From the NCBI GenBank assembly GCA_965203295.1, contig CBDBCZ010000008.1, forward strand, positions 64,001 to 128,000: 64,000 nt of DNA, in the 5' to 3' direction. Both the position numbers and the translations under genes were made by a program. The notes under the pieces are model-generated. The model was not told where the DNA came from. It ran no database searches and was given only the letters and a program-made list of their open reading frames with translations. Positions within the stretch are counted from its first letter, which is position 1, and each line of letters opens with the position of its first letter. This document shows, piece by piece, positions 23,301 through 35,312 of the stretch. Origin of the DNA: Nitrospirales bacterium (GTDB taxonomy: Bacteria; Nitrospirota; Nitrospiria; Nitrospirales; UBA8639).

Positions 23301-24038
23301 TCGCTGCGCTCGGCAATTAACACCCATTTGAAATCCATTTATAGTAGATTAGATCACAGCATTCACTGACATAGACCATCCTTGGAAAAATCCCTCGCCC
23401 TTGGACTGTGTTAATTTACATCGGGCTGCGCCCTCGGTCAATTGGACTGTGTTAATTTACATCGGGCTGCGCCCTCGGTCAATTAACACAGTCCTTGGGC
23501 TCTGATTTTCCCATGGGTGTCTATGTCAGTTAGATCCCTCCTGCTGTGATCTAACCTATACTTAGCATTGAGTGGGCGTGCATGTGTGTGTGTGTATGTG
23601 GGGGGGGGGGGTTGTGTGTGAATAAAGATGTTCTCAATGAAAGAGGCTATGTATGTATGCTTGCATGTGTACGTCTGAGATTCAGAAATAATTAGTTCCG
23701 ATGACCACATTACTACCTATCAATGTCAACCTGCACTTTGCCACAGGGAGTTAAACTCTGACAGAAACCAGGGAACGGAAGCACGTTCCAATCACCCAGA
23801 CATTTCCGCTTTCCTAGTCCAAAACGGACCATGCCCCAGACAAGCCCACGAGGACATAGAGCTCGACACTCTGCCTCCCAGGAACGCATCAGCTGATACA
23901 GGTGCCACTACTCAAGGGCATGCTACCCCCCACGAGGAAAGAGAGCATGATGGGTATATGCCTGCCACCCAGGAGTCAGACTACTCCGGTGATACCAAAG
24001 ATACCGATCTTCTTTTGCCAGCCACTCCTATAGAGTAA
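20389..24038 (+). CDS. Receptor R3. Exons 20389-20470, 20598-21987, 22070-22326, 22394-22445, 23747-24038 (tail exons less certain)
   Basis: Signal MARATATVLLLLLFCAYTICLG; ectodomain (ECGSHYFRC, GCSP, ICLN, AYC, HGQPFVCP, SGICYG, CLQDSCEP); TM then RWRKK; tail exons join in phase to an open frame ending ...PATPIE*. Confidence 0.82.
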
Positions 24039-25361
24039 TTATTTTTGTTGTGTGGCCTTTCCTTAAAAGCAATTGAAGTAGTTGATTGCTGCTTTCCTAT
24101 AATTATTACACTGTTTATTATCGGTAGTGAATCGATGCGACTTGATAGTTTGTTAACAGACTTCGTACTATAGTTGTCATCTGGAACAATAATTCAGTGA
24201 TCATTCCTTGTATGGTATATAACAGTTACATATTGTTGTCAACTCAGATCGTGCAACCTCACAACTTGGAGCCATGGTATTGGCAGCATTCTTTAGGTGG
24301 TTAACTGAGCTTGTATGTGCACATGATACTGTACATTCACATTAGACAATCCGTCCAGCTGTGAATGCTCCAGTGTGTAATTTTATAGCACAACAGCAGA
24401 TACATGAGCCAGACCATATAAGCAGTGAGATTAAACTTTGACCCAATACTAAGGTTGTGGTGTCATATAATGTAATAATTATAGAAACTTGATACCATTC
24501 TTATTAACCCTCGGCGCGCATGCGCAGCGAGGGTTACAGTACTCAGTTTGTGTGTGTGTGTGTGTGTGTGTGTATCTGTTCCCTCGCTAACAGCCTCGTC
24601 GTTAATGTACGGGTACAAAGTAAGGTACGAATCGAAAGTAAATGTAGTATTGAAGGTTTTTGACTCGTGGATTTCACTAAAAATACTTCGTTCGAAAGTT
24701 ACGGCGTTATTTGCTCACCACAACAGACTTTGACGGATTCGACGGCCAGTAGATACATCAGAAGATTTTTTACTGACTACTGGAAACTATTGGTAGGTTA
24801 GCTGCTGTTTCTAACGCCGTCATATGCGACGACTCAAAAATACTACACTGACTAGCTAGCTCTATGGGCGTGTCAGACATGCCTCTCACGCGTGACGAAT
24901 TTCAATTGATTCGCGACTGGAACTGGAACGGTGAATTGGGGTCCCGTTCCGGTCCCGTATCGAGCTGCTGGTTATGAAGTCTCGTGCCCTGCTATCAGCT
25001 TGTAGCCTGTGTCTTCTGCCCATGCATGAGATAGTAAAGAGTAACAGACAATATAAAGTATTATGCTATCGATACAAAAAGAAGATACTATGGGATACAA
25101 AAACAAATAACTTAGAAACCTATCATAGTACAAATATTATTGCAAAACGTACGATTACAGTATTGCTCTTGCTTACTCATTCTAGATGCCAAAGTGTGCA
25201 TAATGTATTTCACAATAATCACGCCGAGGGTTATGCACTTCAGTGCTTTCATTAATAGCAGTACACAGAATGAACTGTTTATAGATTTGAATAATACACT
25301 AACAGACATATATAGAGAAAAAGAGAGCAATGTTGATCTTAGAAATAGTCATAGTGGACAT

Positions 25362-28005
25362 TTAAAGTTTTCCAGGAACACACACATTGCTAGGCACAGC
25401 ATTTTCGTATGAAGGAATGTCAATAAATTCACTTAAAGCAACAAAACCTGGTGCAGAAGCTGACTCACTGTGTGGGTAGCTAAAGTGCTGAGGGTTAGAG
25501 TTTGACTCATTACTGTTTACAGCAGTACCCATTACGTCATGATCAGTCCCACTGCTTGGAACAACAGAGCTGTCAGAAGTTGAATCGGAATGTGGAGTTT
25601 GCTGTACAGGCCCCAGCAGAATTGGCGCATTCGCTGATGTTTGAGGAGGACCGGTTTCTTCTGCATGGTGAACTTGAACTTCTAAAGAGTGCGTGCGAGG
25701 AAGGTCATCAGTGCACATTGCAAAGACAGTTTGCTGCGTACCACCACTAAGACTATCACTGATCCCATCAGCATGGTAATCGGTGCGACTAAGAGTGGGT
25801 GGATCATCATGACTATCATCACTCAGTTCATTAGCTGTAGTATCAGCACCGGTGTCTTCATCTTGATCGTCGACATCTTCCAGGATATTTGGAGTTCCCA
25901 AATCTCTGTCACCATCATTGAAGCTAGTTTCAGCAGTGCCACCTTCGTTGGACCTATAATACAATGTAGAACGAATCACCCCATGGCCAATATCAAAAAG
26001 GCTAACTATATACAAGCAAAGATACAGCCAAAATAATGTATATAATCCTCCACTACTGTGGGCACAGTTAGTTCAATGCCCTGAATATTAGATACGATGT
26101 CCTCAATACTGTTGGTCAATCGGATAAGTCCTAAACATGGAGACGTAAATATGTAGTGTTATGGGCTCACAAATATTAGGTCCTGCCGCTACTATATGTA
26201 CCATCCCTGCTGTTTATCTAACATGACGCTAGCCATGCTTCCTGTACCATGAACTTACGGTAAGAGGTGCTCCATTGAACCATGATCGTTTCTTTGATGT
26301 ATACTATTACCTGCTAGACAGTTTTCTCTCCTGCAGCAAGGGCAACAACACATTAATAGAATACATAGCATGTGCAGGTGTGATCGTACAAGCTATGAAT
26401 AATTATGAGTATCTTGCTGTCACTGCATGCGCTAAATAACAATGCCAGGACTCGTCTGGAGAGAGATTACTGCGAGCAATCACTGTGGCTCGTACAGAAT
26501 GTAGATATAATACCATCCACTTGAATACATTTATCAACTCACCTGCGCTGTACATGCACCACAATGCCTGCCACCAGTGCCACAATAACTATAATAATGA
26601 TTAGGGAAATCACAATAGTTGTTGCTATCACTGCAGCTCTTCGTGCCCTACTACTGGTTTCTTCTCCTTCGGGTGGAGGTTCAATTGTAACCAAAGGCAG
26701 AGCTTCTGCGTGGCGAATAAGTGTAACAAGATCGGCATGCACCGCTTCCTTTATAATGATCGTGAAATTCGCTGCCGAGTCAAAGACCAGTACACTGTGT
26801 TTGGAATCAACTTCCTCACGCACAACTATGTAACGGTTGTCAAATATCAGTGGATGGCACTTCAAATCTTGACATCCGTGTGACGAAAGCTGAACAGCGG
26901 TATCGTGATAGAGGGAAATGTTCATGACGAACACTCCTCCCTTCTGGTCTCCGAAAGCAAACAGGGTATTGCCACCAGTACCAGAAGCCGAGCACACTCC
27001 CGACATCGGCTCAATGTCTGTCCCTGGAAGATCGATGCGTCTGACCTTATTTTGACTCCAAATCCCATATTCCATGCTGTTACTCTTAGGTGAAATGGCA
27101 AGATGAACATCCGAGTTGTTGCAAACGTACGAAAATGGGTACTCATCATTTGGATCAGTTTGATTGTGCCACCGGCCCGAGGCAAGATTAAAGTAAACCA
27201 CAGTCTCATTACGGCAATAGGCAACCAATGTCTGGTTACCAGCATATACAAGCAAGTTCACTACATCACACTTTACATTTCCAACGACTTTGTTGGTGTG
27301 GTCAATCGGATTCAAGGCATACAACTCTTGTCCTATTGAGAAGTATATTCCCTGTAGGTCACCCTCCATGCCAACGTACTCGAAGTTAGAAAGCATTGAG
27401 GGATCAAGATCTGGAAATAAAAGTTCAGCTGCGGCGTTATCACCAAACAGTAAAGTATCTTCAATTGAATCCGAGTTCAGCAAGACTTGGTAGACACTTA
27501 TGGAGTTCCAGCCAACACAGACAGCATAATAATGTCCCTGGATATCCATTAAGCCGGTTGAATTGCACCGGATCTCTAGGACGTGTTTCTTGTAAAGAGA
27601 CATCTCTTTGCCATCGTATCGCAACTCAAGGAATCCTATTTTTTCCACAAGTGGAATCGCAATTATGTAGTAGTGGATACTGCCTAAAATACGACCTGTA
27701 GTGAAAAGCTTGCACCGGAAGAAGTCATCCCCACAGGCTGGAGATAAGTGCTGTTCATCCAGGCTGTATGGAATCAGTATGCTTGAGGAATTACTCTCAG
27801 CGCTAATGTAAATTTTAACACCGTCTGTGGCATTTTTAATTCCAACAGAGTACAGGTACGCATCTACAGGATAGTAAGAAAGAAAACGTAGGCTAATTAG
27901 CTAGATAAATCCCTCCAGGATCGCATTCATGTTCAATGACTCACCGCTTGAAATCAGACAACAGAAGAACAGGAAGACAGCGGACTTCAATAACTTCTCT
28001 TTCAT
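25362..28005 (-). CDS. Receptor R4. Exons (minus) 28005-27945, 27863-26543, 26330-26259, 25953-25362
   Basis: Signal MKEKLLKSAVFLFFCCLISS; ACGDDFFRC, AYCRN, SGVC, GCQDLKCHP; TM AVIATTIVISLIIIIVIVALVAGIVV; acidic tail with PSYENAV; phases 1/2/2. Confidence 0.82.
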
Positions 28006-28121
28006 CTTGCTCGAGCTCGTCAATATTGAGACGCGCGCCAGCCCACAGCGGAAGTGGGCTGGCCCGCGAGACTATAGACCTTATTCGATGACGTCAAATT
28101 TCCTTAGTTACGCAGGACGCG

Positions 28122-28718
28122 TTGCTAAGGCGCCATCTTGAGTGGCAAAAGCACGCGCGCGCGAGAGGGAATGAATATGCATGCAATGTGACCGCTCGAA
28201 AATACTCCGCGTACTATCAAGAATTAGAGATCGGTGCAAAGAAGCGATATTGTCAGAAAGTGGACTTGATTGGAGCAAACGTTGATGACCCCTACACTCT
28301 ACCTCGTCGTAAAGATTTTCACTTTGGTGCCTGGCCAGAAATCGAGTATCCTGACATATATAATTATCTCATCAATACACCTAGCCCCTACACTAAAGAT
28401 GAACTTAAGGCATACAAAAGTCTAGAGGGCTACAAGTATCTTGTCGCTGGATGGGTAGGTGATGCCTCTGCACACTCGGTATCTGATGGAAACAAAGTCA
28501 TCCTTACTGCAGCGGTGAGACACTCCCAGTCACTTTCAGCAACACATAGTTGGTGCTATTGCAGAGGACCAGAGTCAGGAGAGATGATTGCATGTGATAG
28601 TGATGCCTGCTCAATTGTCTGGTTTCATACTACCTGCCTTAAGATCTCGTGAATCCCTAAGGGAAAATGGTATTGCCCTGAGTGTCGAAAACTCACTAGC
28701 GCCAAAAGAAAATCTTAA
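28122..28718 (+). pseudogene. Accessory ORF of the first ISL2EU element: N-terminal part joined to a PHD finger, with an in-frame stop
   Basis: WPEIEYPDIYNYL...LKAYKSLEGY then WCYCR...MIACD...C...WFH..C(LKIS*)IPKGKWYCPECR. No SWIM or YqaJ middle region is visible. Confidence 0.75.
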
Positions 28719-28804
28719 TGTCATGCCACAGAATCTGATATGATCATAACTTTGTCACACTTCTTGAAGATTTATTATACATTGCCATAATAATAATTAT
28801 ACAT

Positions 28805-30031
28805 TTACTGAAATGGCACAACAGACTCACTACAATTACACAGTGCACAACAAATGTTAACAATTTTGTCTATCATACTGCAGTCTGTTTCACTGTCACA
28901 CATTATCATGTTAATTGGGAGTGTAGACTCTAAAATAGTATACTTTTGTCTCAAAAGACCTATTACCCTTTCAACATGAATTCTTACACGGGATAGTTGA
29001 CGAGCTGAATCTATTTCTAAATCTCCGCACAGTAGAGACCCACAGAATCTTGCACATTAAAACCACGATCAGCTAGCACTTGGTCGCCAGGTAGAAGTAG
29101 CTTTAAAATCCCCCAGTTCTCAGTCAGATGTTTGTCCGAAACTCTGCCTCCCCATCCTTTAGACACATAAGAAATGACCCCTTGTGGTGTAATTCCAATT
29201 AGGAACTTAACTGTGTTGTGGTGCTTATAATTAGAATAAGTTTGAGCTCTTGCCTTCAAGTCTTTTGGTCGCTCACAAAATACTTCAAAGCAATCTATTA
29301 TGCACACACATTTCCTAAAGTGTAGCTTAAAATCAAGTGGCATTGTTTTCAGAAGCTGATCTCTAGCTGGCCAATGTAGACAATACTGTGCGACTGTACT
29401 GTGGCATGTAGGGAGCAATAAAGTTAAAAATTGCCATCAAGACAGTAAACGATGGGAGACCTGTATAAAATTTCACCATAGAGTCATTAGAACTCAAGCG
29501 CTCCTTGTTTAACCCTCTCAGTCGGATTGACTCTCTCAGCTGGCTATTCTCCCTGTTGAGTTGGCAGTTTTCATTCTCCATGCTGTTAATTACTTGCATT
29601 GATAAATCGGTCTGTGTTGCAACTTCACATCTGGATGGCTGCTCAGTCATTGTTGCAACATCGCTCGAAGTCTCCATACTTACATCGTCATCATTTGCAT
29701 CATTTGCAACGGCCAGGTTTCGCTTTAGGCGAGCCTCCTTCCTCCGAAAATATGCCACCAAGTCACCTTCTCTTTTCCTTTTAACTGGGCTAGGTACATA
29801 GTCAAACAGGCTAGGAACGTAGTCAGGTGACAGCTTATCGTCGTGCTTTCTTCCACTAACAAAGTGAGCAGAGCACAACCAGCTGTGCTCAGCTGGAGCC
29901 CAGTTTTTGCGATTCACAGCACTGTTCCAGCGCGCACGTCGCGCAGGATCAGTAGTAAAGCGATAGAAACTGATCCCACAGCCTTTCACCCAGCGATTAG
30001 TGCATCCGATAGCGCAGCAACTCTTTCCCAT
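28805..30031 (-). pseudogene. THAP + Harbinger-type DDE transposase, disrupted
   Basis: THAP (MGKSCCAIGC...FYRF...W...LCSAHF); [50 protein letters not shown]. Frame break near 29370 and stop at 29017. Confidence 0.85.
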
Positions 30032-30219
30032 AATTGTCTCATGTGTCTCTTTTTTGCCACTCAAAATGGCGACCGGATGTGAAAACGTCATCTGTGACGT
30101 CAGTCGAATAAGGTCTATACATGTACGTAGACCCTTTTACCATTAGTACGTCATTATGACGTCTGGGGGGTAATAGTAGGCAATAATTAGAATTCGACGC
30201 GCAAAAAGACGAGCGAGTA

Positions 30220-31962
30220 CTGTCACGGAAATTTTGGTCCGGCGGAAAAATTGGTCCGGGGGACCAAAATTTCCGGAATATCGGTCCGGGCGGACCATTT
30301 TTTCCTGAAAATTTTGGTCCCCGCGTGAAAATAATGGTCCGACCTGCGCCATAAGCGAATTCTGTCTGCTACTGTATTTCACGCTTGATAGAGTGAACTA
30401 CTACACTAAGGTGGATGGCTACATGATTGAGTATATTGTATTGGCTTGTTTGTTGTCATAGCCTACGGCTACCGTCAATAGCTTCGTCTTAAGCTTGCCG
30501 TGAGCGTACATGTATAGCTAGATCTATACATGCATTTTGTAGCTCCCAGGTCAGTACCACTTCGACCAAGAGAAAATGCTTCGCCATCTGTGGAACTGCT
30601 TCGAGAGAAGGAAGATGTCAATGATTCCATACAGCATGCAAGCTGTAACGGGCCACAGAATCGACTTTACAGTCCGTAGACAAAGTCCCGATGTAGCTAT
30701 ACTGAATCAGTTTGTAGGATATCGGTGCCAGTGACTGAGACACTGTCTCGTACCTTTGTATTAAACTACCTAATGGTTAAACTAAAGGTTGATATTAACT
30801 ATGCCATACATACAATGTCATGTATAAGCTAATTTTCAAGGTATTAAGGTAGGAAGAGCCTCACCTGGAATCCACAATTTAAATGGACGGCTATGTTGAT
30901 AACATGAAAGTCTACCTCGAATTGACGAAAATTTTGCATCTAACCACACCTCCTGCTAAATAATCCACAAAAACGCAATTTCGGGTTGCTTTAAAATACG
31001 AGAAATTTTGGAATCTGCTAGAGCCCCACCCACAGTCTGGCAACAACACCAGCACCTACAGAGAACAGGCTACAAGCGTAGGGATGCTTTTTCACAGGAA
31101 TGCTTCAAAGCCAGGTTTACAGCCCTGAACGCATCCAACCACCCCAAAACCCTCATTTTCGCTATCCTGACTTTCAAAAAAAATTCGGCAACCGCCCACG
31201 CTCACCCGACGAATTCGAGCCCTGCATTACAAACTTCAACCCACTCCCACAAAAATTAGGGATGCGATTTTTCATTCACCCCTCGGTTTCTGAGAACCAC
31301 CCACCAAAGCTCTCCCTATAAATCTCCACAGATTTTCACACAACTAGCTATTCGAGCTCATTAAGAAAAATGGGCGGGGCCTACAGACCCGAAAGGTGAC
31401 TATTCTAGCCTACCTGAGATGGGCAACAACCTGCCACTATCCGTCTGTCTGTCTGACTTCTAGCCACTCGGGCAGCCTAACAAACTTTCCACAACACACT
31501 AGCTAGCTATTCTGACATAAAAAGCCTACTCACAATTCTATGATGTCATATCTTCTTTTTTAAAAAAAAAGTGTTGAAAGCCAACATCAGAGTACCGCTC
31601 AACCACATCAAAGTGCCGATATCGCATATGAAAGAGCCGCTATCCACATCAAAGTGACACACCCCTCCTGTTGATTCCGCGCGATCCGGTTGCCGCCATG
31701 GGAAAATGCAAACATATCCATGAATCTAATTAGTGCCACGTGAGTGACGTCATCTCATTAATTATTCATAAGGAGAATCACGCGGATTCGAAGGTGAGGC
31801 TCTTCCTACCTTAAAACCAATTCTGCTAGAACTTGATGGGCGGACCAAAATTTTCAGGGTAGGACCAATTTACCCGGAAAAAAATGGTCCGGGGGACCAA
31901 TTTTTCCAGCGGAAATTTTAGTCCTAGGACCATTTTTTCCAGGACCAAAATTCCAGTGACAG
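30220..31962. mobile_element. Non-autonomous TIR element nested in the second ISL2EU element
   Basis: ctgtcacggaaattttggtcc ... ggaccaaaattccagtgacag, with repeated subterminal ggtcc/ggacc motifs. TSD is TA, or GTAC if the termini are TGTCAC/GTGACA. Confidence 0.8.
30848..31810. mobile_element. Kolobok-like non-autonomous element, third nesting level
   Basis: TTAA|ggtaggaagagcctcacct ... aggtgaggctcttcctacc|TTAA. A TTAA TSD with purine 5' termini fits Kolobok rather than piggyBac. Confidence 0.75.
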
Positions 31963-32075
31963 TACACCTGTTCTTGTGCTTCTTGTCTGCGTTAACAGCT
32001 GACATTCGCTGTTTAGCCTACTGCTGGGGTAAGTACAGCTGCTCTTGCTTAGTTTTAGCGTCATATTGAACTCTG

Positions 32076-33123
32076 ATGGCCACGGCAAGTCAACTGTTTG
32101 ACCCTTCTTCTTCGAGTGGCTGCTCTGGGTCCTCCGGCGATGTTCCCGTCCAGAAATGGACGTGCACTGCGCTAAAGAGCTGGCTTAAGGCCCGCGGACT
32201 TAGTTATTCTGGCTTGAAAAAGGATCAACTTGTAGCAAAGTAAGGAAACACAGTAAATAATATACATAGGCGTGATTTCCGGCAACTTTCAGCTCCTCCC
32301 TCTGCACCGGCTATATCCGGAGGGAATGTTTACATTATGCATAACATAAACGTAGTACACTCTTCAATCCACAGAGTAGAGGGTGCAATCCAATGTGGGC
32401 TTGATTCCCCAGTTGAGGAAAGTGATGAGGACGATGAGATAGTGCCTGATGGCTTTGAAGCAGCCATGACATCCAGTAGCGGATGGATGGATGCTGGCGT
32501 CACAGACATGCCACCTCTCACGCTGAAACATATACATCAATTCTTTATATCAGGTCGGCTAAGGAAAGAGCGAGTGACTGCCACTAAACCATTTGAGAGG
32601 GGATATAGGTTTTTTTGAATCTAAGAAGGTGCAAGGAATTTCAATAAATCAAGTATCTGGTTCCTCCCTTTATACCATCATCCGTGCAGCAGTACTACCA
32701 TCCCAAAAATGTAGCACTGCTTACACAACAGCTGTGGCTGTAAACAAAATGAATGGGCAAGTCATATATGGTAGATGTAGCTGTATTGCAGGCAAGTCAG
32801 CTTGCAATCACACTGCCGCACTAATGTTTGCAATTGATGACACGAACAAAGAGCGATCCAGTCATGGAAGTGGGGGATCACCAAGTTGTACATCACTGCC
32901 CAAGCGGTGGGGAGTTCCAGCGAAACCTACGAGGGGAAAGGATAAGAAACTGCAGGTACTTAAACCTACGTATGGAAAACTGCCACAGCAGTCACCTATG
33001 GACACCACAGAACCGATTGACCCTTCCCAAAGTCTAGTTGACATTGGTAGAGTAATGTCTCTTTGGGAGATCTTGAAAAAAATTGTCAACAAAAGATACT
33101 GTTTAATTAGGTGTGGCCCGTAA
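32076..33123 (+). pseudogene. Accessory ORF of the second ISL2EU element: SAP domain, intron, SWIM zinc finger; frameshifted and truncated
   Basis: WTCTALKSWLKARGLSYSGLKKDQLV (SAP-like), donor gtaagg at ~32240, GRCSCIAGKSACNHTAALMF (SWIM), SCTSLPKRW; frameshift at ~32610. Confidence 0.75.
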
Positions 33124-33435
33124 ATCCAGACCCTTTACAAATTAAACATCTTATGCAGAAACAGCAACCAAAAGTGGAATAAAAGAATGTTGAACCGTTT
33201 CTTTTTGTAGCCTCATCTCCAGTCCTCCCCCCAATATTTCAGTTGCAACCGTGAGTACATGTACTTTATCCAATGCCTAGTTGATTGCCTATATTATATT
33301 TACATCATACAACATGACATGTTTCTTGCAAGTTCAACAGCATTTTTTGTACATGTAGGCAACTCCAATACAAGTCAAAACAGTGTGATTAATTAACAGC
33401 TCAAATAAAAGTCCAGTACTGTCACAACATACACA

Positions 33436-34841
33436 TTAATCAGAAACAACACCACTCTCTTGCAAAATACAAGCAATAATTTCACTAATTTCTTTTTCTG
33501 ATAGCCTTGCAGGATCGGTGACAAGGGGAGGGTGAAACAAACTAAGTGAACAGCAAATTCCCCATATGCTATCGATGGAATGTACGAGTGATAGTGGTAC
33601 AACATTGGACAAAATACGATACTGCTTAACACGGCCAATAGCTCTTTCCACGTGGATCCTAAGTAAGGCTATCTTACGTGTAATAATAACATTCTTCTTC
33701 GATAGCTGCTGGTGATTCTTCACAAATGGGGGGATATTAAGCTTTGCACCACGAACCAATACATCATACGAGATGTCAAAACCCTTGTCAGCCATGACTG
33801 TGTCTCCAGGCATAACATGATCTAAAACACCACATTCATGGGTAAGGGCTTGATCTGATACAGAACCAGCGTACAAGTCAGATATAAATGTAACAGCTCT
33901 GTAGGGGAAATGCCAACTAAAGCTTTAAAAGTATTGTGATGCTTATATGATGAATAAGTGAGTGACTGTATAGACATAGATGAGGGTACTTCAGTGAAGA
34001 ATTCGGTGCAGTCTAGTATTACACGGGTAGTAGAACAAAATTCGACAAACTGTGCAGGCATATGTGCATCAATGCATTCTCTTGAGGGCCATGTAATCAG
34101 GGGTCTAAGTTGTTGGTTTAGAAACTTTATCCAGATACGAGAAACTGTAGCAGTGCTAATGTTGAACCTGTGTGCTAAATCTTGCTCCAGTAGTCCCAAA
34201 CGCAGTCGAACTAGTGTCAGAAAAAACTCATCAATAGGCTGTAAAGCTCGTGCTCGTGGTTTGAATATACTGGTAGATGTGCTTTTGATCTCATTACGAC
34301 AGACAGAGACGTAAGTAGCATAGTAGAGGTTCCAGGAATCTGTACAGGCACATTAATACGGAGTAGGAGGGAAGACCAGTATAGAACTGAATGTCTTTGT
34401 CACTGCCCTGAAAGCGTCTCAAAAGAAACCGTTGTGACTCCAGAGTTCTAACTTCCTCTTCAAGCCTAAGCACCTTCAACTGGAGTTCACTAATCTTCTC
34501 TTCATGCTGTTCTATTGCATTGACTGCACTTGGAGTCTCAACTTGCTGTGGCTTTTTGAGAGGCAATGGGTGACGCACAGCTGGGGGTCGTCTACGTTTT
34601 ACTGGCTTACTCCACGGAAAAACACTTGGAACGGAGGAATTCTCATTTTTTCCCCCTCCTGCAAAGTGGGCACTACATATTCTTGTGCTCTCACTGACAC
34701 ACAGTGGTTTTTTTATGCTGACAAGCCACTGCTGCCTTAGGTCACTATCCTGGGGCAGGCGATGAAATTGATACTTGTGAATTCGGGCTTGTCACTTCTG
34801 CTGGGATAGCCTGGGATACTACAACTCTGGTGTCGTGGCAT
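33436..34841 (-). pseudogene. THAP + Harbinger-type DDE transposase, multiply frameshifted
   Basis: MPRHQSCSIPG...FHRLP...W...ICSAHF; FYTGLP; DLAHRFNISTATVSRI (HTH); ILDCTE; YKHHNTFK; GSVSD; MADKGF; RIHVERAIG. Confidence 0.85.
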
Positions 34842-35312
34842 TCTGGAAGCTAGTAGGGTTACTGCCTACCACGGTGATAACAATCAATAGCTTCGCTACA
34901 CAATAACTTCGGCAAGTATTTAGCTCTTTACTGTTAACACGGCAACGTTCCGCGAGCACTACTTACAAACCAACAACTCTCACTTATCACTTACAATACT
35001 AAACTTGAAAGACCGTACATATACACACTAGGCAACTCACCTAGCAACAGTTGGCGCGAGTTGTGACTTCTTTGCAGCTGATAAAATCCAAGAGAGAGGT
35101 CTTCTTTTCGCTTCTTTGGTGCACCCGCCATCGCGTCGAATTCTAATTATTGCCTACTATTACCCCCCCAGACGTCATAATGACGTACTAATGGTAAAGG
35201 GTCTATTAAAAAACCGACACGCGTACCGTATATATAAAAGGGTGTGTACGGCGCACCAACTCCCACTCACCAACTAAAAGCTGCGCTGTCGAAAAGCAAC
35301 AGGTCTAAGACT

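Larger units (their letters stand above)
28076..30116. mobile_element. ISL2EU-type (PIF/Harbinger-related, PHIS) DNA transposon, internally deleted
   Basis: TIR agaccttattcga...tcgaataaggtct, AT TSD (28074-75 and 30117-18), subterminal inverted cgccatcttgagtggcaaaa, and two convergent ORFs. Confidence 0.85.
30129..35204. mobile_element. Second ISL2EU-type transposon with ~73-bp TIRs and nested insertions
   Basis: 30129-30201 (agacccttttaccattagtacgtcattatgacgtc...gaattcgacgcg) is inverted at 35132-35204. Right flank AT, left flank GT. Confidence 0.85.

Noticed and set aside
24503..25020. Possible Helentron/DINE-like elements (hairpin plus microsatellite; also ~8045-8503)
   Set aside because: Repeat-like, but both ends could not be defined from this window.
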